Below, piece by piece: positions 1 to 8,150 of a DNA stretch of 32,584 nt. The stretch comes from a virus (lineage: Duplodnaviria; Caudoviricetes), in IMG/VR virus record IMGVR_UViG_3300022697_000016, positions 1 to 32,584 of that record; one strand, 5' to 3'. Position 1 is the first letter of the stretch; each line of letters opens with the position of its first letter. The notes beneath the pieces were generated by a model. That model searched no databases. It was not told the DNA's origin and saw only the letters and a list, made by a program, of their open reading frames with translations. The position numbers were made by a program, and so were the translations under genes.

Positions 1-2
1 AT

Positions 3-299
3 GGGTTCCCTGTAAACGAGTACATCATGGCAGGATGGTTCGCCAATGCTATCGAAATTGCACACAACCATAGGATGACAGCCCGCGCCGACCCTTGGCG
101 ACCGATAGACGCGAACACGCCCGAGCATAACATTCTTCTATGGAATGGCGAGGGTGTTGTGGAGTCGGGGAGGTGCGACTTTGACAACCAGTGGTGGGAT
201 GCGTTCAACGCCACCGACTACGAGTACGGAGAGCCAATGCAACCACAGCCGACCCACTGGATGCCCATGCCAACACCACCTAAGGAGACAGAGGAATGA
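3..299 (+). CDS. Accessory protein with C-terminal DUF551-like domain, probably 5'-partial
   Basis: The frame of ORF 27..299 is open from position 3 (GFPVNEYIMAGWFANAIE...), so the start may lie upstream of the window. The C-terminal W-x-P-I...LLW...PTHWMPMP pattern is typical of DUF551 phage proteins. ATGA overlap with the next gene. Confidence 0.7.
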   Translation, partial: GFPVNEYIMAGWFANAIEIAHNHRMTARADPWRPIDANTPEHNILLWNGEGVVESGRCDFDNQWWDAFNATDYEYGEPMQPQPTHWMPMPTPPKETEE

Positions 300-544
300 C
301 TGAACCCAAAAAAGACACCATGCGCTCCCAAAAAGCAGTAATGGATATACTCGATGGGCGTGATCCTATCAAAGATCTTGGTGATGTAATGGTGACGCTT
401 GAGCATACAGTCAGCACTGTGTTGCTAATGGTAATGCATAAAGATGCAAGGAAAGCCGCTAATATGCTTAATGAAGGCTTGGTAGAGGGAATTGAGCTTA
501 GGCTTGCCTACTATGGAAAGCAGAGGAATCAACCCAATGAGTAA
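296..544 (+). CDS. Hypothetical phage protein (82 aa)
   Basis: GAGG/AGGAG RBS upstream; ATGA coupling to the previous stop; overlaps the next gene start. Confidence 0.8.
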   Translation: MTEPKKDTMRSQKAVMDILDGRDPIKDLGDVMVTLEHTVSTVLLMVMHKDARKAANMLNEGLVEGIELRLAYYGKQRNQPNE

Positions 545-764
545 AACAAAAGCAGTTACAGAATTCACTAAATCACTAGACGCTATGTCTGAGCAATTTC
601 ATGCATTAGAAACCGAACGAGATAATCTTTTAGATCAGCTTAATGGAGCTGAAGATATTGTTGAAGTTTTAGCTCGTATTGATGCTAATGATCCAGCTGA
701 CATTGTTTATGGAGCAGAAATTAGAGATGCCCTAAAAACATGGGAGAGGGCACTAGATGACTGA
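537..764 (+). CDS. Hypothetical helical/coiled-coil phage protein (75 aa)
   Basis: ATG at 537 (in frame with track ORF 492..764) is preceded by GAGGA, so it is preferred over the TTG at 492. Confidence 0.75.
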   Translation: MSKTKAVTEFTKSLDAMSEQFHALETERDNLLDQLNGAEDIVEVLARIDANDPADIVYGAEIRDALKTWERALDD

Positions 765-1608
765 TGAACCAACAGAAGAGGTGCCTTGTCCTTTCTGTGG
801 TAATAAAGACATTGGGTATAACAGGTACCAAGGTAAAGCACTAAGACACGTGTGTACTGAATGCTTATCCTCAGGTCCTATTGTTTATGGGAACCAAGAA
901 AGGAATGAAGTATGGGTCAAGGCTAAATTACTATGGGATACTCGTGTACAGAAACCAGTTGATTTGACTAAGATTACTTCTGCTTTTGGATTGCTAAGCA
1001 AAGAAACTCAACTGGGCCTAAAGTCAGTCAATCCTAATCATCTTCAAAGGTACTTCTCACAAGGGTGGGTCAATGGTTGTTACAAGCATTTAGAGCCAAC
1101 TGGGATATACCATTTGAAGTCAACCCAAGGGAATCAAATGAAAATGAAATATTATGTAGGCACTACAGGTCTTATGGCAAAACCTATGACACTTGGAGAG
1201 TATAATCTCTACCGTGGTTGGGGTATGCCTAGTAATGAAAATCCTACAGATGAGGGTTACCTTCTTATTAGAGAAATCGGTACCAAAACTTGGTGCCCTA
1301 AATCTTCTTTTGAACAGTGTAATGCTGTCAGTGGTAATCTCACATTTGGACATGCTTTATTTCTTATGAAAGCAGGAGCCAGGATGTGTCGAACTGGTTG
1401 GAATGGTAAAGGTATGTTTATCTTCTTGGTTCCAGGTTCTAAGTTTATCGTGAATAGAGAGCCTCTATTGTCAATATTTGAAGACGGTACTGAAGTCACC
1501 TATAGCAGTCATATCGACATGAAAACTGCGGATGGGACTGTTGTTCCTTGGTTGGCTTCACAGACAGATATGCTAGCTGAAGACTACTGTATTCTCTCTG
1601 ATATTTAA
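757..1608 (+). CDS. Multidomain putative anti-defence protein: Lar-like Zn finger + DUF2829/Tad2-like domain
   Basis: N-terminal CPFCG...CTEC...GP...A..LWDTR resembles Lar-family restriction-alleviation proteins. C-terminal TFGHAL..MKAG.RMCRTGWNGKGMFIFL...IDMKTADGTVVPWLASQTDMLAEDY is the DUF2829 signature. GAGG RBS upstream. Confidence 0.8.
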   Translation: MTDEPTEEVPCPFCGNKDIGYNRYQGKALRHVCTECLSSGPIVYGNQERNEVWVKAKLLWDTRVQKPVDLTKITSAFGLLSKETQLGLKSVNPNHLQRYFSQGWVNGCYKHLEPTGIYHLKSTQGNQMKMKYYVGTTGLMAKPMTLGEYNLYRGWGMPSNENPTDEGYLLIREIGTKTWCPKSSFEQCNAVSGNLTFGHALFLMKAGARMCRTGWNGKGMFIFLVPGSKFIVNREPLLSIFEDGTEVTYSSHIDMKTADGTVVPWLASQTDMLAEDYCILSDI

Positions 1609-1641
1609 GCTTTTCTAGAGACAAACAAATAGTAGTAATAG

Positions 1642-1672
1642 AAATGGGTGTAGGTATTTCCTATGCCCATTT
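1642..1672 (+). promoter_or_regulatory. Intergenic RNA hairpin upstream of the polymerase fragment (terminator-like or stabilising)
   Basis: AAATGGGTGTAGG-tattt-CCTATGCCCATTT forms a 13-bp stem with two G.U pairs that only pair in + strand RNA. The following U-tract is short. Confidence 0.55.
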
Positions 1673-1695
1673 TCCATCTAAAATTGAGGAAATTT

Positions 1696-2442
1696 ATGCT
1701 TAAAATCACAGAGGCTATAACCTCAATCTCTGAAGTTAGCCAAGCTCTACATGACGTAACTCGGGTAAATTCAATCAAGAAATTGTTTAAGAGACAAAGA
1801 CAAGAAAGCAAAGTTCCTACCTTCGCTTTGACTTATGACGGAACCTATATAACTCTGATGAGAACTATGGGTATTAACAAGAAAGCCGCTAAGTCGATCG
1901 AGAAAAGCTATCATGATATGTATAGTGTGTCCGATAAGTGGGTAGCTGCCAAAATCCAACAAGCATCCATAGATGGATACATCACAATAGCCTTTGGGTT
2001 ACGTCTCAGAACCCCATTACTAAAACAAGTTATCCTGGGGACCAGTAAGACACCCTATGAGGCTGCTTCAGAGGGCCGTACAGCTGGTAATGCTTTAGGG
2101 CAGTCCTGGTGCATGTTGAACTCCAGAGCCGGCTCAGAGTTCCTAGAAATCGTTCGTAAGGGAAAATACCGCTTATGCATCAAGCCATGTGCTCAGATAC
2201 ATGATGCAGGTTACTTTCTCATACAAGATTCTATGGATGTTCTCAGGTACACCAATAAGCATTTGGTAAAAGCTGTAAGTTGGCAAGAAGATCCTCAAAT
2301 TCAAAATGAACATGTTTTGATGAGTGGAACTCTTGAAGTTTATTGGCCCACTTGGGGCCAAGGGATGAGTATTCCTAATGGTGCCTCAGAAGATGAAATC
2401 AAAGCAGTAATTGTTAAACACAAGGAGAGTTTAAATGGCTAA
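1696..2442 (+). CDS. Family A DNA polymerase, C-terminal part (N4 gp39-like; motifs B and C)
   Basis: RQESKVPTFALTYDG is motif B and QIHDAGY is motif C; AFGLRLRTP and EGRTAGNALGQS are typical of N4-type polymerases. GAGGA RBS precedes the ATG at 1696, preferred over 1663 which lies inside the hairpin. No motif A or exonuclease domain in this ORF. Confidence 0.9.
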   Translation: MLKITEAITSISEVSQALHDVTRVNSIKKLFKRQRQESKVPTFALTYDGTYITLMRTMGINKKAAKSIEKSYHDMYSVSDKWVAAKIQQASIDGYITIAFGLRLRTPLLKQVILGTSKTPYEAASEGRTAGNALGQSWCMLNSRAGSEFLEIVRKGKYRLCIKPCAQIHDAGYFLIQDSMDVLRYTNKHLVKAVSWQEDPQIQNEHVLMSGTLEVYWPTWGQGMSIPNGASEDEIKAVIVKHKESLNG

Positions 2443-3436
2443 GGTCACAAATAAGCACAACATTGATCTGCCTCTAGCAGTATGGCTTTTGCAAGATGGA
2501 TACAAATCTGGGGCAGCAGATGCTCCTCCGGGGGAACTGCTTTCGGTTACTACTTTAATGAAGCCAACCCGTCAGTTGATACTGAAGCGTAAAGTGGATC
2601 AAACCAAGGAAGAATTCGATGTAGCAGACATGATAGCTGCTAGATCCGGTCATGCATTCCATGCTTCAATTGAACGAGCATGGACTGAAGGTAATTGGCA
2701 AAAAGCCATGAAGACTCTTAATTACCCTCAGTCAATTATTGACCATATCAAAATCAATCCGGATCCTAAAACTTTAGGTGAAAATGATATTCCAATTTAT
2801 TTGGAAATTCGAGGATTCAAAGAGTTTGAAGGCCTAGTGGTTACGGGTCAATTGGACTTTCTAATTGGTAGAGCCTATCGGGATTTTAAATCCACCTCTA
2901 CCTTTGCTTGGACTTCTGGATCTAAGGATCAAGATTACATTCTCCAAGGGTCAATGTATCGTTGGATCCTGCCAAATCTCATCAAAGATGATACAATGCG
3001 TATTGAGTTCATCTTCACTGATTGGGCTAAATACAGGACTTCAGATCCTAGTTATCCTCAGACTCGGATAGCACATAAAGAGTTTCCACTAATGTCTTTA
3101 GTAGAGACAGAACAGTGGGTAAAAGACAAACTAAACAATATACGAGCTAACGCTGGCAAGGATCAAAACAAGATGGTCCTGTGTTCAGACAAAGAGCTAT
3201 GGCGTCAGAAAGATTCCTATAAATATTATGGGAATCCTGAAAAAGCAAAAACTGGAGGCAGGTGCACTAAACGCTTTGACTCTGCAGGAGATGCTGAGCT
3301 TCACAGAATTAATAAAGGAAAAGGTGTCGTACTGACAGAAAAAGGACAAGTGAAAGCTTGTTTGTACTGTCCTGCTTTTTCGGTTTGTGAGCAACGTAAG
3401 GATTATTTCAATGATGATGGCTCTTACGTCACTTGA
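2435..3436 (+). CDS. PD-(D/E)xK exonuclease (Cas4/RecB-like; N4 gp42-like)
   Basis: SVTTLMKP, G.AFH, E.RG, GQLD...DFKST nuclease motifs; C-terminal CLYCPAFSVC; located directly before the primase as in N4. Confidence 0.85.
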   Translation: MAKVTNKHNIDLPLAVWLLQDGYKSGAADAPPGELLSVTTLMKPTRQLILKRKVDQTKEEFDVADMIAARSGHAFHASIERAWTEGNWQKAMKTLNYPQSIIDHIKINPDPKTLGENDIPIYLEIRGFKEFEGLVVTGQLDFLIGRAYRDFKSTSTFAWTSGSKDQDYILQGSMYRWILPNLIKDDTMRIEFIFTDWAKYRTSDPSYPQTRIAHKEFPLMSLVETEQWVKDKLNNIRANAGKDQNKMVLCSDKELWRQKDSYKYYGNPEKAKTGGRCTKRFDSAGDAELHRINKGKGVVLTEKGQVKACLYCPAFSVCEQRKDYFNDDGSYVT

Positions 3437-3461
3437 TTACACACACACGAAAGGATAAAAC

Positions 3462-5621
3462 GTGAAACCTATATATGATCTCAGTGTTATAGAAAATACT
3501 GACCATCACCCAGCTATGCGTGAATTGGTCGATATTCTTTGTCACCGTACTGGGAATGTAAACCGTGATTTCTTCCAAGCTGAGGTTGCATATTTTCTAT
3601 CCATGGTTCCAAGTTCCATGAGGGCCACAGTTAATAGCCCTGAACGGGGAGAGATTCCTGTAAACATATACTCGATCGCTTTGGCTACATCTGGTTTTGG
3701 TAAAGGGCATTCTGTGTCTTTGTTGGAAGACGTAATTGAAGGATTTCGTAAGGAGTTCACTACATCACTATTCCCGGATATAGCTGAAGAATCCTTGTTT
3801 GATATGGCAATAGATATTGCTGCCAAGAAAGGTGGAAGCGAAGATGAAGAGAAAAGGCTCCTAGATGCTGATTTTAAACGTCAGGGACATGCTCCATTTA
3901 TCTTTGACTCAGGTACTGGACCAGCTGTCAAACAACTCCGCTATAAGCTGTTACTAGCTCGTCTAGGATCCATAAACTTTCAGATGGATGAGATTGGTTC
4001 AAATATCCAAGGCAATACAGAAGTCATCAATATACTTTTGGAATTGTATGATCTTGGTAGGATTAAAACCAAGTTGGTTAAGAACACAACAGACAACGAA
4101 CGAGGCATAGATCTTGTAGGTTCAACTCCTGCAAATGTGCTGATGTTTGGGACCACATCTAAACTCTTTGATGGGAGTAAAACTGAAGAAGAGTTTTATT
4201 CCTTCCTGGAGACTGGATATGCAAGACGATGTTTCTTCGGCATGGGTAAACCAGAGACTCTGTCGACAAATGTGAATCCAGAAGATGTGTATAACGGCCT
4301 TGTAAACAAAAATAAAAGCCAAGCACTTAAGCATTGGAAAGCTTACCTGACTAAGTTTGCAGACAAAAAGTACTTCAATCAAAAGATTGATGTGCCGAAA
4401 GATGTGGGCATTGAACTCATTACCTATCGTTTGTTTTGTGAAAACGAAGCAGTCAAAATGCCAGAGCATGAAGTAATTAAAAAAGCTGAAATGAGTCATA
4501 GGTACTTTAAAGCTTTGAAGCTTGCTGGTGTGTATGCTTTTCTTGATGGTTCATCTGACATAACCATGGAGAATTTACACCAAGCTTTACGTATTGCTGA
4601 AGAGAGCGGTAAGAGTTTTCAGAAGCTCTTAAAACGTGAACGAAATTTCGTTAGACTTGCTAAGTACATTGCAGAATCTCCTGGTAATTTGACCCATGCT
4701 GATCTTGTAGAGGACCTGCCTTACTACCCAGCTTCTACTACGGCTCGTCGTGAGATTATGGATTTAGCAATGGCATGGGGTGTTGGTAACCATGTTGTAA
4801 TCAAAAAGAATATAATCAGTGGAGTAGATTTCTTCTCTGGTTCAACACTACAAGAAACTGATCTCAATAAGGTTAAGTTTAGCTTTTCAGATCACTTTGC
4901 TTCTAATTACCAACCAGAAGTGCAGCCCTTTGCTAGGCTAGATAAACTACTCTCAGTGCCAGACTTACACTGGTGTAATCATCATTTTGATAAGAATCAC
5001 AGATCAGATGAAAACACTATCGAAGGATTCAATCTCTTGGTAGTAGATGTGGATGGCAGTATTTCTTTGAAAGCTGTCCAGGATTTGATGTCAGATTACA
5101 CATACATCACGTCCACTACTAAAAGACATACGGATGAGATTAACAGGTTTAGACTCATTCTACCGACTAATTACAATCTTGCTTTGAACAAAGAAGACTA
5201 TCGTGAATTCATGAAAAGCTTTCTTCTTTGGTTGCCATTCGTATCAGATGAAGCAGCAGAGCAACGTTCTAAGAAATGGATGACTAATGCAGGAAGCAAA
5301 ATACACTTCCATAAGGGAATGTCTCTTGTAGATGTCTTACCATTCATTCCTAAAACCAAGAAGAATACTGAATATGTAAACTCAGTGGCAGATCTTGGTA
5401 GATTGGATCATCTTGAACGGTGGTTCTTGAACAACATGGATGTGGGTAATCGTAATAATAACTTGTTGAACTTTGCAATGATGCTTTGTGATGCAGGTAT
5501 GGCGTATGACGAGTTATCCCATAAAGTCACTAGTCTTAATAACCGATCGGTATCTCCCTTGAAAAAGGAAGAAGTCGAAATGACAGTTCTTAAGTCTGTG
5601 GCTCAGAAAATGTCTAAATAA
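3462..5621 (+). CDS. DNA primase (N4 gp43/Dns-like): P-loop domain + AEP primase + PriCT-like C-terminus
   Basis: ATSGFGKG and MDEIG Walker-like motifs; VVDVD and TTKRH AEP motifs; GNRNNNL...PLKKEEV PriCT-1-like tail; AAGGA RBS before the GTG; N4 synteny. Confidence 0.9.
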   Translation: MKPIYDLSVIENTDHHPAMRELVDILCHRTGNVNRDFFQAEVAYFLSMVPSSMRATVNSPERGEIPVNIYSIALATSGFGKGHSVSLLEDVIEGFRKEFTTSLFPDIAEESLFDMAIDIAAKKGGSEDEEKRLLDADFKRQGHAPFIFDSGTGPAVKQLRYKLLLARLGSINFQMDEIGSNIQGNTEVINILLELYDLGRIKTKLVKNTTDNERGIDLVGSTPANVLMFGTTSKLFDGSKTEEEFYSFLETGYARRCFFGMGKPETLSTNVNPEDVYNGLVNKNKSQALKHWKAYLTKFADKKYFNQKIDVPKDVGIELITYRLFCENEAVKMPEHEVIKKAEMSHRYFKALKLAGVYAFLDGSSDITMENLHQALRIAEESGKSFQKLLKRERNFVRLAKYIAESPGNLTHADLVEDLPYYPASTTARREIMDLAMAWGVGNHVVIKKNIISGVDFFSGSTLQETDLNKVKFSFSDHFASNYQPEVQPFARLDKLLSVPDLHWCNHHFDKNHRSDENTIEGFNLLVVDVDGSISLKAVQDLMSDYTYITSTTKRHTDEINRFRLILPTNYNLALNKEDYREFMKSFLLWLPFVSDEAAEQRSKKWMTNAGSKIHFHKGMSLVDVLPFIPKTKKNTEYVNSVADLGRLDHLERWFLNNMDVGNRNNNLLNFAMMLCDAGMAYDELSHKVTSLNNRSVSPLKKEEVEMTVLKSVAQKMSK

Positions 5622-5638
5622 CAGGAGAAGTCATTACT

Positions 5639-6376
5639 ATGGCAGACAAACCAAACAGTGTCCTCATATGTGGAGAGTCAGGAGCAGGTAAATCCTACTC
5701 TCTGATGAATATGCGAGGGCAAGAAGGGGTTCTTTACATTAACTGTGAAGGAGGCAAACCACTACCTTTCAAGAATAAATTCAAGAAAATCACAATTGAT
5801 GATCCGAATGACATCTTTGGTCTTTTTGAACAAATCAATAACGACACCACAGGTAAGTATCACACCATAGTTATTGATACGATTTCATTTATGATGAATC
5901 GGTATGAGTCTATTCATGTACTTGGTTCAGCCAATACTATGGCAGCTTGGGGTGGATATGGTCAGTTCTTTCCAAGGCTGATTTATGATTATGTGGCTAA
6001 GTCTAAAGCTTTTGTAGTCATGCTTGGTCACCTTGATGCCATCACCAATGAAGACACTAATAAGGTATCATTCATGGTTCCTGTTAAGGGTGCCCTGAAG
6101 AAGAATGGTCTTGAAGCTTATTTCACTACAGTAATCAACTGTAGGAAATTATCCATTAAGGAGATTCTTAAAGATGCAGAAGAAGGGCCGCTTTTATCTA
6201 TATCTGATCGAGATCACAATTTAGGTTATAAGCATGTCTTTCAAACTAGAACGGTTAGATCCACAGTTGGTGATCGAGTACGTTCTCCTTTCGGTTTGTT
6301 CAGTGATGAAGAAACATATACTGACAACGACACTCAAACTGTTGTTGATAAGATCGTTGGTTACTATACGGAATAA
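5639..6376 (+). CDS. AAA-family ATPase (Sak4-like; N4 gp44-like)
   Basis: Walker A GESGAGKS, Walker B IVIDT; AGGAG RBS; lies between primase and SSB. Confidence 0.9.
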   Translation: MADKPNSVLICGESGAGKSYSLMNMRGQEGVLYINCEGGKPLPFKNKFKKITIDDPNDIFGLFEQINNDTTGKYHTIVIDTISFMMNRYESIHVLGSANTMAAWGGYGQFFPRLIYDYVAKSKAFVVMLGHLDAITNEDTNKVSFMVPVKGALKKNGLEAYFTTVINCRKLSIKEILKDAEEGPLLSISDRDHNLGYKHVFQTRTVRSTVGDRVRSPFGLFSDEETYTDNDTQTVVDKIVGYYTE

Positions 6377-6421
6377 TCCAAAATAACCAAAACATAACTC
6401 TGAAATTACAAAGGTACCAAC

Positions 6422-7237
6422 ATGTCAAACATTTTCTCAGGAAAGACTACAGCTGAAGACACTGTAGAAGAAGACTTCATCGGAGGTGGAGGTGTACTCG
6501 ATACTGATATTTATGAAGCCAAGATCAAGACGGCTTACATCGGTAAGGCTGCATCCTCCAAAGCCCGTAATGTCACCCTACTCTTGGATGTGAATGGTCG
6601 TGAAGTCCGATCACAAATCTGGGTCTCAAACCGCAATGGTGATGTGACCTACAAAGATAAGAAAACCAAGGAAGCAAAGAATCTTCCAGGATTTAACCAA
6701 GTCAATTCTCTGTGCCTCTTGGTAGCAGGTAAAGAGTTGGGAACCATGGATGTCGAAGAGCTTACAGTTAAACTGTATGACTACGAAGCCAGGAAAGAAT
6801 TGCCTCAATCTGTAGACTGTTTGTCAGAGCTTCACGATGAGACAGTTATGATTGCACTGCAGCGTCAGGTCGTAGATAAGACTGCAAAAGATGACACTAC
6901 AGGAAATTATGAGCCCACTGGTGAAACTCGTGAGCAGAATGAAGTCATTAAATTCTTTGATGCCAACTCCTTGGTTACGATTTCAGAAGTATCTGAATTC
7001 ATCAAAGGACTTGGTGGAAACTTTAATGATGTTGTAGCAGATGGTGATCTTCTCAAAGGTATCCGTACCATGAAAGAAGAGAACGGTGCTTATGCTGTGA
7101 AATGGTTGGAGCGTAATAAAGGCCAAACCTACGACAAATCATCTGGTAAGAAGGCTACTGGTAATTTGTTCTCAGCTGGCACTAAAGGTTCAGGTTCAGG
7201 TTCAAACTCTAAAGCCAAATCTACCCTGTTTGACTAA
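6422..7237 (+). CDS. ssb: Single-stranded DNA-binding protein / late transcription activator (N4 gp45-like)
   Basis: 271 aa; D..GGGGVLDTDIY, LPGF, TGETREQNEV.KFF patterns; flexible Gly/Ser tail ending KSTLFD; N4 synteny. Confidence 0.85.
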   Translation: MSNIFSGKTTAEDTVEEDFIGGGGVLDTDIYEAKIKTAYIGKAASSKARNVTLLLDVNGREVRSQIWVSNRNGDVTYKDKKTKEAKNLPGFNQVNSLCLLVAGKELGTMDVEELTVKLYDYEARKELPQSVDCLSELHDETVMIALQRQVVDKTAKDDTTGNYEPTGETREQNEVIKFFDANSLVTISEVSEFIKGLGGNFNDVVADGDLLKGIRTMKEENGAYAVKWLERNKGQTYDKSSGKKATGNLFSAGTKGSGSGSNSKAKSTLFD

Positions 7238-8150
7238 ACCAAGTCTAACAGAGGTTGCGGTAAACCCATCAAATAGAGTGAGGGTGTTTAAAATCAAACT
7301 TCCTATGAGGATTCAATCCTCTAAGAAGAAGAAAACTCCCCTCAATTTGAACGTTTATCGCAACCTCCATTTTCGTAGTTTGAGTTCGCAAAAGAATGCC
7401 TTTTTCGAAATTGCATCTCAGCTACTACGAGGAATACCAGCCCTAGGGCGCATACAACTGCACTATGACATTTTCCCTCAATCCAAAAGACGAATGGATA
7501 TTATGAATGTTGGAGCTATCGTAGATAAATACTTCTCAGACTCATTGACTAAAATGGGAATTATTGTCGACGATGACTACACACACATTGACTTTGTTTC
7601 TTTTGGTTTTGGTGGACTAACAGACAATGAGTATGTCCTCGTAACCATAACTGAAACTCAACCAAGAAAAGAGATACCAATGCGAATACTTTTAGATAAA
7701 GGAGACATTCATACAGCACTTGAAACCTATGTGGGAACACAAGGAATCGGTGGTGGTGGTGTTACTGGTGTCGAACTTTCTGTGAATGATGGTGAAATCA
7801 TTGCTGAAGTAATGATTGCTGGCAATGAACAGAAAGAGACCAAAAGAAAAGGTGGACGTCCTGCTGGTTCTAAAAATAAACCAAAAAGGATTGTACAAAA
7901 TGTGGACACACCTGATGAAGGCAGTCCTGATAGCAGCAACGGAGGAGATACTTCGACAGCAGAAGATAAAGCTTCGAATGCCTACTCCGAAGATGCAGGA
8001 GATACCGCCCCCAAGGAGGTTAAGAAAACAAAAAACCTTTTCGGGGAGTCGGAATCCCAATACTCCAAAAGTGATTCACCGAAGGAAGAAGAAAGTTCTA
8101 ATTCCGAGGGTGAAAAACCAGTAAAAAAGAGTTCAATCTTTGACCAGTAA
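7230..8150 (+). CDS. RusA-like Holliday junction resolvase fused to an N4 gp47-like domain with acidic low-complexity tail
   Basis: LNLNVYRN and RRMDIMN...DKYFSDSL...GIIVDDD match RusA-family motifs. A second domain begins MRILLDKGDIHTALETYV at 7680. The true start is uncertain (TTG at 7230 or a later GTG/ATG). Confidence 0.8.
   Translation: MTKPSLTEVAVNPSNRVRVFKIKLPMRIQSSKKKKTPLNLNVYRNLHFRSLSSQKNAFFEIASQLLRGIPALGRIQLHYDIFPQSKRRMDIMNVGAIVDKYFSDSLTKMGIIVDDDYTHIDFVSFGFGGLTDNEYVLVTITETQPRKEIPMRILLDKGDIHTALETYVGTQGIGGGGVTGVELSVNDGEIIAEVMIAGNEQKETKRKGGRPAGSKNKPKRIVQNVDTPDEGSPDSSNGGDTSTAEDKASNAYSEDAGDTAPKEVKKTKNLFGESESQYSKSDSPKEEESSNSEGEKPVKKSSIFDQ

Noticed and set aside
1663-1695. Track start of the polymerase fragment at 1663
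   Set aside because: The ATG lies inside the hairpin with no RBS; the ATG at 1696 has a well-spaced GAGGA.
1-1695. Self-splicing group I intron or ribosomal bypass as the explanation for the split polymerase
   Set aside because: The region is filled with overlapping genes, shows no evident intron core or homing endonuclease, and the downstream half has its own RBS. This cannot be fully excluded without the upstream sequence.
2435-3436. Cas4-like nuclease as evidence of a CRISPR system
   Set aside because: It is a core N4-like replication gene; no repeat-spacer array or other cas genes were seen in the window.
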